This document shows, in pieces, positions 29,296 through 40,079 of a stretch of 64,000 nt of DNA. The first letter of the stretch is position 1. The number at the start of each line of letters is the position of its first letter. The position numbers and the translations under genes are program-made. Under the pieces are notes generated by a model. The model did not search any database, was not told the origin of the DNA, and saw only the letters and a program-made list of their open reading frames with translations. This DNA comes from Candidatus Poribacteria bacterium. GTDB lineage: Bacteria; Poribacteria; WGA-4E; UBA9662. The DNA is taken from positions 1-64,000 of the forward strand of contig JAYZAL010000101.1 in assembly GCA_036339735.1 (NCBI GenBank), written 5' to 3'.

Positions 29296-30219
29296 TTATT
29301 CGTCTGTTTGATCAGATGATGATCGGTCGAACCATCCTTCGAATTTAACGGACTTTGATTGTTGCCAACTAGTCAAGTAAAGTTGCGCTGTAAACTGGAC
29401 TGCAGCTCGTGTTCGATCATTGACAAATTTGGCGACTGGTTTTGAAACCTTCCATTCTTCTCGTTCTTGACCTTTTTTAGGTAATTCTTTCTCTATTTCA
29501 TAGACTGTATCAACCATTCTGTGAGAACTATTAAAATGATCTAAAACAGCGTCCATCAAGTCACCTTCAAAAGCGTTAATCTCTTGATCTTTTGTCAAAT
29601 CAAGGGCTCGCAACTCCATGTACTCAATAATAGAATCAATTTTTTCATGTATACCACTATGTGGGGATTTTCCGTCAGATTTGGCGCGTCCGTCAAAGTG
29701 AATCGTCGTATGCAATGGTTGGGATTGATCTTGAGCATAATGGGCAAGAAAACCTGCATACAACAGACATTTTTGCTGTATGAAAGTATTATTTGGCCAA
29801 CGCCGATACTCAGCCAACGCAATTGTAAGTCGTTGAGCCCACTCGCCTATACTATAGGGTACAAAACCGACTTGCTCTGGTTTGACTCCCACTTCCTGAC
29901 ATAATGCAATGAACTCATATCGACTTTTGGGAAGTTGTTTACCTTCAAGAAACTCCAAATCCAAATAATGCTCACTATGTTCGGCTTTCCTTAGGTACTT
30001 GGCAGCTCGGTTCTTGGCCAAATCAGGATCATAGACATAATGAGCAATAGCATCTTCACCTTGTCGAAAGAACTCTGGCATTTCTGCAGGTAATGATCTA
30101 ACTGCAGCTCTAACTAGGACAGAATGACCGCCCGGCCACCAAGACCAAGCTGAACTTGAGACTAACATTAGGCAAACTAACACAATTTGTCCAAGTAACT
30201 TAGTAAGATTTTTCATCAA
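29296..30219 (-). CDS. Secreted S1/P1 nuclease or Zn-dependent phospholipase C-like protein
   Basis: Signal peptide then WWPGGH, DPD, HYLDLE, HYAQDQSQPLH, GIHEKID. Confidence 0.8.
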   Translation of the reverse strand: MMKNLTKLLGQIVLVCLMLVSSSAWSWWPGGHSVLVRAAVRSLPAEMPEFFRQGEDAIAHYVYDPDLAKNRAAKYLRKAEHSEHYLDLEFLEGKQLPKSRYEFIALCQEVGVKPEQVGFVPYSIGEWAQRLTIALAEYRRWPNNTFIQQKCLLYAGFLAHYAQDQSQPLHTTIHFDGRAKSDGKSPHSGIHEKIDSIIEYMELRALDLTKDQEINAFEGDLMDAVLDHFNSSHRMVDTVYEIEKELPKKGQEREEWKVSKPVAKFVNDRTRAAVQFTAQLYLTSWQQSKSVKFEGWFDRSSSDQTDE

Positions 30220-30259
30220 ATTTACACTCCTTGAATTTCCAATGATGTTTTTCCAAACA

Positions 30260-31048
30260 TCATTTTTTTTCAGCTACAAATACCATTACTTCACTATTGT
30301 GGTAGTCATATACTGAATCCTCTTGGTATCCACCCCGTAGTTCGAGGAGGTTAAAACCAGCTAACTCCAGTAGGAGTTCCATCTCGGGTCGAAAGACATA
30401 ACGTGATGATACCAAATGTGATTCTCTATCGATAGATCCATCGGTACCAATTTTGTCATAAATAAACTCTACTGTTTGTAATTGATTAACCAGATCAAGT
30501 TTGATACGATCATTTCGAACATAGGTTTTTCCCGTCAGCTCATCTTGGTAAACTCCACGATAGATAGGGAGTTCTTTCCGGTGATAATCATATTGCGATA
30601 AATCTCGATGGCGTGGAGTAAAGATATCAATAATGATACGACCATCATCCGATAACATCTGACACATGTTTTTTAGAGTAGATAATTGGTCATCTCGCGA
30701 TATAAGGTGTAAAAAGGTATTATAGGCGATGAAAATCAATTTAAACTGAGTGTCCCCAACAATATCACTCCTCATATCACCATCGACGAATCGAATCTGG
30801 CCAACCATTTGATCTTGTAATTGTGCTAAATGTTGGCGAGCGATACTCATCATCCCAACTGAGCTGTCCATACCCCAAACATCAAACCCTCGCTTTGCCA
30901 ACCGAAAAATTACCCGCCCGGTCCCACTACCTAGTTCGAGAATTGGTCCACCTACATCCTCAGCATGGCGAACGTACATAGGAATATCATCTGATTTAGT
31001 TCCCATATCTAAGTCGTAGACTGATGCTAATCGATCAAAGTCGTTCAA
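30260..31048 (-). CDS. Class I SAM-dependent methyltransferase
   Basis: ILELGSGTGR, GMDSS, GDMR, ELLLELAGF. Confidence 0.9.
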   Translation of the reverse strand: MNDFDRLASVYDLDMGTKSDDIPMYVRHAEDVGGPILELGSGTGRVIFRLAKRGFDVWGMDSSVGMMSIARQHLAQLQDQMVGQIRFVDGDMRSDIVGDTQFKLIFIAYNTFLHLISRDDQLSTLKNMCQMLSDDGRIIIDIFTPRHRDLSQYDYHRKELPIYRGVYQDELTGKTYVRNDRIKLDLVNQLQTVEFIYDKIGTDGSIDRESHLVSSRYVFRPEMELLLELAGFNLLELRGGYQEDSVYDYHNSEVMVFVAEKK

Positions 31049-32613
31049 TGGTTTACTCCTGCTAACTCAAAATTACAACGCAATTGAAATGCCAACTGAT
31101 GTTGACGTATAGTCGTTTCTTCCAGTTCTTCTTTATCTTGGCTGACAATTATAAATTGATAAGAACCACATATCTGCCAACACTGTTTTTGCCAACGACG
31201 CGAAGTCTTGCTTAATATAGGCTCATAGAAGAAATCAAAACTCAGATGATTTTGTTTCTTCACTGGGCCAGAGGGAAAACGAATACTGTGATGTTCATTT
31301 TCTCCTTCAAATTGATCTCCAATATCGGCTACACCTTGACGTTCTAGTTGATAGCGGAGACAAACTAACCAATCTTGATTAACCCAATAATTTGTTTTGA
31401 TCACTGCTAAATCTGCGTCGTTACCAATCCGGTGGCCTATCACTGAACCAAAGTGAGTAAATGAGTTAGTCTCTACTAGGTGAGTATAGGTCCAGCGGTT
31501 AACTCGTGTGTACGTTAGGCTGAACACTAATTGCTTATTTCTCAATAGATTTCCCAACTCTGTACCAATCACGATTGCTAAGTCATTAGGATCATCCCGA
31601 CTAGTGTAAGAAAAATCGTCCACCAGAAATTCAGCCCACAACCGCCATCCATGAAGAGGCCGAAAGGAAAAATCGAATAGAAACATAACGTTGTCATTAC
31701 TGTCAGATCGATTGTTATTTTCGGAATTATACTGACTGGCATAGTAAGGCAAAATTGGGTTTGTATAATACCATTCCAAGCTCCTTTGTTCACCACTGTA
31801 CAAAACCAGCTCAGAGATTGCCACTTGTATAGTGCGGGAAACTTGCCAATCCAGCCGGTGCCCAGCCAAATATCGATTAGCTAGATACCTCCTAGGTCGT
31901 GTCGCCCACATGGGGTCTAATTTTGCAGTGAATGCTGTTCCCATAACAGGTCCAATTTGGCCTTGTAGTGAGATAAGATCGAAATTAGGCGAATTATCGG
32001 AAATTCCAATTGCGCTTCTCGTGCCAGCCCCCCAAAAAATAGCATCTCGGCCTACTTTAATCCGAAATCGACTAGCAATCGGAAATACGATGAACACACG
32101 CCTGAAGTCGCCAATGTAACCTCCGTACCAGGGGTTAACCCGTTGTCCTGCCGTCTTACCTTGTTTGGGGTATTTGTTGGTGGAATTTGCTACTTCAAAT
32201 TCTTGATGAAAAATTAAACCATTAGCATGAAAATACCGTGCTGCTAACAACAAGGCAGGAGCAACGCGATGAGCATTTTTATCTTTTCTTAACTGAATTG
32301 AACCCCTTACCTTGAATCGACCACCATGCTGTTTAGCCAAAATTGCACGCTCTAAGCTAAACTCATCGAGCAATTTGCTATACAATGCTTTGTTCAAACG
32401 ACTTGATGGTTTGAACAAAGCATTGTCTAGACGTTTCGCTACTTCGAACCGACTTTTGGGACGTGTATGCCAATACGCTGACTCAAGGATACCATCGGTG
32501 TACAACTTTTCGAGGCTATGACCAACCCAACTGTCGAATTGGAATGAGGTCGATGGTGCGGAAAACGCCCCAATGCTGACTAGCACCAAGATACTCAGCA
32601 TAACCAACTTCAT
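31045..32613 (-). CDS. Wzi-family capsule assembly outer-membrane protein
   Basis: Signal peptide, VGRDAIFWG..ISDNSP, YLAGHRLD, SELVLY, IGHRIGNDAD. Confidence 0.75.
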   Translation of the reverse strand: MKLVMLSILVLVSIGAFSAPSTSFQFDSWVGHSLEKLYTDGILESAYWHTRPKSRFEVAKRLDNALFKPSSRLNKALYSKLLDEFSLERAILAKQHGGRFKVRGSIQLRKDKNAHRVAPALLLAARYFHANGLIFHQEFEVANSTNKYPKQGKTAGQRVNPWYGGYIGDFRRVFIVFPIASRFRIKVGRDAIFWGAGTRSAIGISDNSPNFDLISLQGQIGPVMGTAFTAKLDPMWATRPRRYLANRYLAGHRLDWQVSRTIQVAISELVLYSGEQRSLEWYYTNPILPYYASQYNSENNNRSDSNDNVMFLFDFSFRPLHGWRLWAEFLVDDFSYTSRDDPNDLAIVIGTELGNLLRNKQLVFSLTYTRVNRWTYTHLVETNSFTHFGSVIGHRIGNDADLAVIKTNYWVNQDWLVCLRYQLERQGVADIGDQFEGENEHHSIRFPSGPVKKQNHLSFDFFYEPILSKTSRRWQKQCWQICGSYQFIIVSQDKEELEETTIRQHQLAFQLRCNFELAGVNH

Positions 32614-32663
32614 GAAGCGATCCTAGCTGATTTACTCAACAATGTCAAGGTTTAGCGTCTATC

Positions 32664-33635
32664 TCACAAGGCTTGGCTAGACTTTGACCTGTAATCGAGG
32701 AGTGCAGCTAGCAAAGACTGAACACTATCAAAGCGATCCTCGACCTTTTTTTGTAAAGCTCGGCAGCAGATATGTTCTAATTCAGGAGGGATTAATCGAT
32801 TTGGTGCCACTTGGCTAGGTTTAGGTAATGGATTTTCCAGAAGGGATTGCCGAATTTGCTTGACGGTTTCACCATGTAGTAGTTGCTTTTGCGTCAAAAT
32901 TTCGAACAATACATTACCTAGGCAGAATACATCGACCCGACCATCGACAAATTTATCTCCTCGCATTAGTTCAGGAGCAGTATAAAGTGGTGTTCCGTAA
33001 CGACGTCCCACAGGAGTTATCATAGTATTAATCAAGTGGTCTGTGTCTGAGGAAGTACTGGTGTCGTTCTCACCCCAGACTTTGGCTAATCCCCAGTCAA
33101 TTACATAAGTTTCACCAAATTCACCTGTTAGAATATTTGCTGGCTTTAGGTCCCGATGAACGACTCCTCTCTGATGTGCGTGAGCAACGGTTTGACAGAC
33201 CTGAATAAGAATATCAATCAATACTGATAAAGGAAATAGTTGTTTAGTGTGCTCGTCTTCATGACCCAAAGATAGAATGACACTTCTCAGATCACGACCA
33301 TTTATGTGTTTCATAGTAAAAAAGAGTGAGCCATTACGATCTCGTCCCAGCTCGTAAACAGGTAATGTGCCGGGGTGAGCAATATTAGCTGTTACTCGAG
33401 CTTCACGCAAAAAACGATGTGTCTCAATTGGGCTGTTTTTGAGGTGACTATGTAAGGTTTTGTAGACGACTTTTCGACGTAAGTTTTCGTCGAAACATGT
33501 ATACAGTTTAGCGGTACCTCCTTCCGCCATTAGCCTGAAATCGCTGTATTTTAGCGAACCGCTTTTCCAATGCAAAGACAAGGTTTTATCAGTTTCGGAC
33601 AAGAGAAAAAAGCCATCAGATAAATGTGTTTCCAT
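32664..33635 (-). CDS. Hanks-type Ser/Thr protein kinase (cytoplasmic, stand-alone)
   Basis: RFLREA, HRDLKPANIL, IDWGLAK, GTPLYTAPE, DVFCLG. Confidence 0.93.
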   Translation of the reverse strand: METHLSDGFFLLSETDKTLSLHWKSGSLKYSDFRLMAEGGTAKLYTCFDENLRRKVVYKTLHSHLKNSPIETHRFLREARVTANIAHPGTLPVYELGRDRNGSLFFTMKHINGRDLRSVILSLGHEDEHTKQLFPLSVLIDILIQVCQTVAHAHQRGVVHRDLKPANILTGEFGETYVIDWGLAKVWGENDTSTSSDTDHLINTMITPVGRRYGTPLYTAPELMRGDKFVDGRVDVFCLGNVLFEILTQKQLLHGETVKQIRQSLLENPLPKPSQVAPNRLIPPELEHICCRALQKKVEDRFDSVQSLLAALLDYRSKSSQAL

Positions 33636-33697
33636 ATAGACAATTTTGTGCCCTATAGCATTACCTATTTTCGGAGAAGCTAGTAGAGTTCGGACAC

Positions 33698-34645
33698 CTA
33701 TTTTTTTAGGTAATACGGTTGAAAGTTAAAAATATCATCGGTGTTTGTATTGACGGTAATGTCAACACCTGAAACAAAGGGCGAGCCAAACACCTCTATC
33801 CGTCTAAAGTGATTATAGGCTTGATTTTTCCGATCCCTAAACGGTTTGTCGATACGGTATAGATGTGTATCGCCATGTATACAAATTACTGGATAACGAT
33901 AGGACGCCAAGAATTGATGTAAAAGATCTAGAAAGCCTTCAAAACCTTCACCATTTCCATACTCGTATTCTCCAGAATCCTCAAAGTTAGGGTTGGCATG
34001 AATAATTAATATTACACCAGCAAACTTTTGTCTCTCAGCCAAGTTAAAGCTTTATTTCAAAAATGAAAGGGTTGCTGTATTTCTTTCACGGAATTCTTTC
34101 ATAGCAACCACAGATTGTGGCCAGTAATTGTTGTTACTACCGACAATGTGCGCCACTACAAATAAGACACTACTTTTGGTAAAACGATAATTTTCAATAT
34201 ATTTTTGAAATCTTGGGTTTTGAGATTGCTGTTCAACATTCAATTCATTCAGTCGCAAGGTTCGGCTGTCATGGTAGAACATTAGTCTCAATTTTTTCAA
34301 TCGTTCTACAGGGTCTTGGCCGGTACGATGGCAGTCAGTCCAATCGTTGTCCCCTGGAGTGTAGACAACTGGTTTGGGGTAGTCTCGAAATATTTGGCAT
34401 ATCTGATCGAAGGACTGGTCTGAACACTCAGCATAACTAGCTTTGAAGTCTCCCACATGAACCAAAAAGGAAAAATCTTCTGATTCTGATTGCTGGAGTA
34501 GTTGACGGTATTTGTCGAATTGCTCCGCCGAATAGGGTAAATCACCTGTAGCTAAAAAGCGAAAGCTTTCACCACAAACCTTGAGCTTGATATTAATAAG
34601 TAAGACCATCAGAACGAGCATCGGTAAATGGGTTCTATTTTTCAT
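33698..34645 (-). pseudogene. Exported calcineurin-like metallophosphoesterase interrupted by one in-frame TAA (34052-34054)
   Basis: GDLPY, HVGD, PGDNDWTD in 5' ORF; IHGDTH in 3' ORF; both ORFs share a frame (LSFLK*SFNLAERQK). Confidence 0.8.
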
Positions 34646-35291
34646 TATTTTTTATACTACGGTATGGAAGAGGTATATGCTAACTTGGCTGAAGTCGGAC
34701 CTGAATATTTAGACGTCAAGAATAAGGCTAGCATTGACAAGTCCAGTGGTGTGTGGTAGCTTCTGTGACGATTTGTTGCTAACAATATTATTGTGGAAAT
34801 TTAAGGGATAGGATTCCTACAAAATTAAAGCTGTTTTCAACTGTTACGGTCCTATTCTAACTAATGCAAGAATGGTCAGGCAATACTTACGGCTTGACTA
34901 GTAGTTTCGTTTCAAAATGTACAACAGTAAAACCTGGCAATCTATTGAAAATTGAAATTATTTTTAAATCAGAAACCTACCTGCCAAACACGCAATTATT
35001 TATTATAGAAAGTTAGTATGCAATCGGCATATAAGACATACACGGTGATTGTGTGGTCGTGTGTTTTTAAATTAAACGAATATCAGATAGAAGGACCGTG
35101 AGCTGTAGATTAGCAAGTTAATCATGGATCTTAGTAACAAAGCTAAGTTTGAATTCCAGGAAAGAAAATGAAGTGTTTTCCCGGTGTCGGGAAGGCTCAG
35201 AGCTGTCCGAGTGAATGTGTTTGATTGGAAGAATCGAGTTAATTGGCTCGATCATATTCAGAATATAGTCAGGCTTTAAGGAGAAAGAGTA

Positions 35292-36419
35292 ATGGCACTC
35301 AAAGTTGGTATTGTTGGTCTTAGTGGAATTGGTAATAACCACGCTAACTGCTACGACCAAAATGAATTATCGGATCTTGTTGCAGTTTGTGACATGGTTA
35401 AGGAACGAGCAGACGCGACTGCTGAACGATTAGGAGTCAAAGCCTACTACGATCAAAAGGCTATGCTGGAAAATGAAGAGCTAGATATTATCGACGTTAG
35501 TACTGGTGGGAATGAGAATGGTAGTTGGCACTTTGAACCTACCATGATGGCATTGGAACACGGCAAGCATGTTTTAGTGGAAAAGCCGATTTCTAATGAT
35601 ATCAGTGAAGCTCGGCAGATGGTCGCAAAAGCAGACGAAAAAGGGGTTTATCTAGCTTGTAATCTAAATCACTATTTTACTCCACCAGCTGAGCAAGCTA
35701 TGGAATACATGAATGATGGACACGTAGGGGAAGTGGTATACTGTCTTCACAAAATGGGGTTCGCCGGTGGAGAGAAAAGCTATAGCCCGCAAAATTCTCC
35801 CCGAGTTAAGGGGTTTCCTTATTTTCATGTTAAAGCTTTTCTGGCTCATCCCTTCAGTGTAATGCGCCATTTTTGTGGTGACATTACTCATGTTCAAGCA
35901 TTCATGAGCCAACCAAGTTTTCGCAAAAAGGCCGGAGATTTAATGGTGTCGATCAACAGTATTCATGTCAAATTTCAGAGTGGTGCTATCGGCTATCTAT
36001 TAAGTCAGCGTGGTGATACCACATTCGGTTTAGGTGGCTGGTGGAGTGTGGAAGTAGGAGGAACACGGGGCACGTTTTGTATTGAAAACTGTATAGAAAA
36101 AGTCACATTTTGGCCTTCGCCAGGAACGGAGGATGCAGCTGTTCCAGAAAAGCTCGACCTCGGAGCATCTTCTGGCTCTATCGTACACGAATCAGGACAA
36201 TCTGATTTTGGTGCAACATTCCCACTCCGGATTTCTGCTTTCTTAGAGGATGTAGCTAATCAAGTCCCACTCAATCAGATTCGAGCTTCGGGCCGGGATG
36301 CACTAGCAACACTTGAATATACTTGGGCGGCTATAGAGTCCTACGAGCAAGGTGGGATTTTGGTTCGCCCACACCCTCTACCGACCCTCAAGAGTAATCC
36401 AATTACACAGAATGCTTAG
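35292..36419 (+). CDS. Gfo/Idh/MocA NAD(P)-dependent oxidoreductase
   Basis: KVGIVGLSGIG, LVAVCD, GKHVLVEKP; SD AAGGAG. Confidence 0.92.
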   Translation: MALKVGIVGLSGIGNNHANCYDQNELSDLVAVCDMVKERADATAERLGVKAYYDQKAMLENEELDIIDVSTGGNENGSWHFEPTMMALEHGKHVLVEKPISNDISEARQMVAKADEKGVYLACNLNHYFTPPAEQAMEYMNDGHVGEVVYCLHKMGFAGGEKSYSPQNSPRVKGFPYFHVKAFLAHPFSVMRHFCGDITHVQAFMSQPSFRKKAGDLMVSINSIHVKFQSGAIGYLLSQRGDTTFGLGGWWSVEVGGTRGTFCIENCIEKVTFWPSPGTEDAAVPEKLDLGASSGSIVHESGQSDFGATFPLRISAFLEDVANQVPLNQIRASGRDALATLEYTWAAIESYEQGGILVRPHPLPTLKSNPITQNA

Positions 36420-36467
36420 TAGTTATTCTACTTAAAATTTAAAACTAAACAAAAAAGGAGTCATTTA

Positions 36468-37316
36468 GTGAAACTGGGAGCAAATTCCGTTTTGTTCGGT
36501 GGTTACGATATGGAAACTGCCTTCAAACACATTGCCATGGCTGGTTACGATGGAATCGAGTTGTCGGCCATTAATGGTATGAGCGAGCATTTGGTTCTTG
36601 ATCATTGGCAAGATTTAGCTGATGATATCAAAGAGTTGGCAAAAACCTATCAGCTTGAGCTGCTGGCTATGGAGCAACCATCGCGAGATGCTAACCAAAT
36701 GGAAAAAGCCTTCCAAGCTGCAGCCGAAATCGGTATTCCGATCATTAATTGCGGCCCCGGTGGAAAGAGCGATGACGAAAGTGCTTGGCCAGAAGTAATC
36801 GACTCGTTGGGCAACTTGTCAGACATGGCCGAGCGATATGGTGTAACTTTGTGTGTTAAAGCTCACGTTGGTGCAAGTATTTACAATACTCCAACGACCA
36901 TTAGAGCAATGGAAGCGATTTCATCGCCGGCTTTCGGTATTGATATGGATCCGTCTCATATTCATCGGGCAGGCGAAAATCCAGTTGAGGCTATAGCCGC
37001 TGTCGTTGAAAGAGTTAAGCATGTCCATATTCGCGACTGTCAGGGGGATTATCAGACTAGTCCTGACGAAAGTCAAGATTTTGATAGAGTAGTAAGTGGT
37101 CCTAGAGGACCGGGACAACCTGAAATGCAGGCCAATGGAAGAGGTAACATTGATTTAGTTGGTTATATCGCCGTTCTGCATGCAAATGGTTACACGGGGC
37201 CGCTAAATCTCGAAGTAATAGGAGCAAAAGAATATTCAATAGAACAGTGCTGCACTATTGCAGCTGAATCCCGTGGACATATGCAAGCCAGTTTACAAGC
37301 TTGTGGTGCCAGATGA
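36468..37316 (+). CDS. Sugar phosphate isomerase/epimerase (xylose isomerase-like TIM barrel)
   Basis: GYDGIEL, DMDPSH, HVHIRD, GRGNID, GYTGPLNLE. Confidence 0.88.
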   Translation: MKLGANSVLFGGYDMETAFKHIAMAGYDGIELSAINGMSEHLVLDHWQDLADDIKELAKTYQLELLAMEQPSRDANQMEKAFQAAAEIGIPIINCGPGGKSDDESAWPEVIDSLGNLSDMAERYGVTLCVKAHVGASIYNTPTTIRAMEAISSPAFGIDMDPSHIHRAGENPVEAIAAVVERVKHVHIRDCQGDYQTSPDESQDFDRVVSGPRGPGQPEMQANGRGNIDLVGYIAVLHANGYTGPLNLEVIGAKEYSIEQCCTIAAESRGHMQASLQACGAR

Positions 37317-37361
37317 TAATTTCATGTTTTATTCAACGCATATATATAAGGATTAATTTAC

Positions 37362-38099
37362 ATGTCAAATATTGGTTACGACGATACGCCCTTTCTACCC
37401 GAACCTTATTCCCAATGGCGAGTTCACGATGGCCAACGACCTCAACCTACTATCGTGACACCGGGCGCCACGAGTGCTGATGCACCATCTGATGCGGTAA
37501 TTTTGTTTGATGGTACAGACTTATCTGGTTGGCAAACAACCAGTGGTGGCCAACCAGAATGGATCGTAGAAAATGGGTATATGCAAGTCACTCCTCGCAC
37601 TGGTGATATTGTCACCAAAGCTCAATTTGGCGACTGTCAACTACATCTCGAATGGGCTTCACCTGCTGAAGTCAAAGGGGAAAGTCAAGGTCGAGGGAAT
37701 AGTGGTATTTTTCTAATGGGGCTGTATGAAGTCCAAGTCCTAGATGGTTATGATAACCAAACCTACGCCGACGGGATTACTGGTGCTATCTACGCACAAT
37801 TCCCACCTCGTGTTAACGCCTGTCGCCCACCAGGAGAATGGCAAACCTATGACATCGTTTTTGAGGCTCCCAAATACCAAGGTGACGATCTTGTCAGTCC
37901 AGCCTACTTGACAGTATTTCTGAATGGAATTCTGCTCCACAACCGCCAGCCTGCGCATGGCCCAACTGGCCACCGAAACTTGTCATCCTATGACAGTGTC
38001 CATGGTCCAACTGGACCACTTAAACTACAAGATCATGGTGATCTGGTCAAATTTAGAAATATCTGGATGCGTCAGGTTAATTCATATGACCAAGCTTAA
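37362..38099 (+). CDS. DUF1080 / 3-keto-glycoside hydrolase-family protein
   Basis: PSDAVILFDG, FGDCQLHLEW, RGNSGIF, YEVQVLD, PGEWQTYDI, LQDHGDLVKFRNIW. Confidence 0.92.
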   Translation: MSNIGYDDTPFLPEPYSQWRVHDGQRPQPTIVTPGATSADAPSDAVILFDGTDLSGWQTTSGGQPEWIVENGYMQVTPRTGDIVTKAQFGDCQLHLEWASPAEVKGESQGRGNSGIFLMGLYEVQVLDGYDNQTYADGITGAIYAQFPPRVNACRPPGEWQTYDIVFEAPKYQGDDLVSPAYLTVFLNGILLHNRQPAHGPTGHRNLSSYDSVHGPTGPLKLQDHGDLVKFRNIWMRQVNSYDQA

Positions 38100-38123
38100 T
38101 TCTATTTGAATTCTTGAATATAG

Positions 38124-38156
38124 AAGGGGTATCAAAAATGTTTTGGTGCCCCTTTT
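38124..38156 (+). terminator. Intrinsic terminator
   Basis: AAGGGGTATCAAAA-atg-TTTTGGTGCCCCTT stem with T tail after the three-gene operon. Confidence 0.75.
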
Positions 38157-38725
38157 AGTGTCTTGTAACTGCCAATACAGTAAAATCAGTTGGATCAGTT
38201 CTAAAAGCTGACCCTTGGTCAAATTCAGGGGGGCATGGAATCAAGGCAATCGTTAGCCTGCCTTTGAAAATTAAACATTTGGCATGCGTTCCAATTTGGT
38301 CAATTAATCATCAGTCAGTAGCAATCAAGTAGAGAAATAATGCGCCAAAGTTAAGTGTATCGGTTAAACTATCGATTATCGTCTTCGTTTTTTTCTCAAA
38401 AGAAGTGCCTGAAAAATGTGATGTAAATGGTTTAGCTTGAGTGGCAATACGAGAACAAAGCCAGATTTTTAAGCAACATAACATACGATCAATTTTTTGT
38501 ATTTAGACGAAAATTGGACTTTAAATGTTATCAAGCCAGATATTTGCTGACCGTGGTATCTTAATTTAAAAAGATGATTGTCTAATCCAGTATGAAACGT
38601 TTAGAAAAATCTGCTTTGGAAAAATAAAATTCCAAACAAGAATATTAAGCCAATGTATGGCTCATAAATGAAACAATTAGTTTAACTAGTTTGAAGACAC
38701 TCCCACTTCACTATTCAAGATAGTA

Positions 38726-39667
38726 ATGTCGCACTACCATCATAAACCAGTTTTATGCGACGAAATAATAAAGTACTTAAAACCCACTCAAGGAGGAATC
38801 TACCTAGACGGAACTTTAGGTGCGGGTGGACATAGTGAAGCAATTTTATCCTACCCAGACACAAACGTTATTGGTTTGGATTTAGACCCCACAGCTCTAG
38901 ATATCTCAGGTAAACGCCTGTCTGTTTTTGGCTCTCGGTTTCAGGCTATTAATGGAAATTTTGCCCATTGGTTATCTGAGCTGATACCAGACGAACTACA
39001 GAAGGAAGGCCTCGATGGAATTTTAGTCGATCTAGGGGTCTCCTCCATGCAAATTGACCAACCGAAGAGGGGGTTTAGCTTTCAAAAAGACGGGCCTTTG
39101 GATATGCGCATGAACCCAAATCAAGAACTTTCTGCGAGAGAAGTGGTCAACTGTTCATCGCAAGGAGAAATTGCTGAGATTTTATGGAAATTTGGGGAAG
39201 AAAGACTGTCAAAACGGATTGCGTACAGGATTGTTCAGCAACGAAGTAAAGGGGCCATTTGCCGAACGGAGGAACTCGCGAAGTTAGTATTGGACGTATA
39301 CACTAAGTCGAAAATCCGTCGTCAGAAAATCCATCCTGCTACTAGGACTTTTCAAGCCTTACGTATCTTTGTCAATGGTGAGTTAGAAAACCTCCAGCAA
39401 TTGCTATCCATAGGCCACAAGAGATTGAAAATAGGCGGTTATTTATGCATTATTTCTTTTCATTCTCTAGAAGATCGTCTTGTCAAGCACACTTTTCGAA
39501 AATTAGCCAGTTCTTGTATTTGTCCTACTAAAATTCCGGTTTGTCGTTGCGAGAAACGACCTGAAATTGAGATTTTGACTAGACGACCTGCTATGGCAAG
39601 CAAAGAGGAAATAGAAGTCAACCCTCGTTCGCGGAGTGCTAAACTTAGGGTCGCTCTCCGCATTTGA
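38726..39667 (+). CDS. rsmH: 16S rRNA m4C1402 methyltransferase
   Basis: HKPVL, DGTLGAGGHS, DLGVSSMQ, PLDMRM, HPATRTFQALRI, FHSLEDR, NPRSRSAKLR. Confidence 0.97.
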   Translation: MSHYHHKPVLCDEIIKYLKPTQGGIYLDGTLGAGGHSEAILSYPDTNVIGLDLDPTALDISGKRLSVFGSRFQAINGNFAHWLSELIPDELQKEGLDGILVDLGVSSMQIDQPKRGFSFQKDGPLDMRMNPNQELSAREVVNCSSQGEIAEILWKFGEERLSKRIAYRIVQQRSKGAICRTEELAKLVLDVYTKSKIRRQKIHPATRTFQALRIFVNGELENLQQLLSIGHKRLKIGGYLCIISFHSLEDRLVKHTFRKLASSCICPTKIPVCRCEKRPEIEILTRRPAMASKEEIEVNPRSRSAKLRVALRI

Positions 39668-39701
39668 ACTCAGTGGCATTAAGTTATCTTTTCGATAAAA
39701 A

Positions 39702-40079
39702 TTGAATCTAGTAGTTGATAGCATTCGTTACTTGGCTTTGAATGATCTGTATAATTCCGGTGCAATGTATCGTCATCAGGCTAACCCAACAAAAACGTCA
39801 AAAGTACCCTACTTGATACTGGTTCTTTTCGTCGGTGTTTTATTATTGAGTGCATGGTTTTCAACGGGCCATCGTCGTATTTTTCAAGACCTAACCTCTA
39901 AGCAAGAACAAGAGAAATTAGAGAACGAGATCAGTGAATTGAAAATTTGCATAGCTGAACTGACATCGGTGGAGCATGTTCATAAATTAGCAAAACAGAT
40001 GAAAATGGTTCAATCTAGTAAACTATCGATTGTCCCTCATACTGAAGAAAATTCGTATTCGTTTGTAAAAAAGAATTAG
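39702..40079 (+). CDS. ftsL: FtsL-like cell division protein
   Basis: Single TM then coiled coil ending LAKQMKM; between rsmH and ftsI. Confidence 0.65.
   Translation: MNLVVDSIRYLALNDLYNSGAMYRHQANPTKTSKVPYLILVLFVGVLLLSAWFSTGHRRIFQDLTSKQEQEKLENEISELKICIAELTSVEHVHKLAKQMKMVQSSKLSIVPHTEENSYSFVKKN

Noticed and set aside
34052-34054. Selenocysteine/pyrrolysine readthrough or alternative genetic code
   Set aside because: The stop is TAA, and TAA terminates many normal genes in this window
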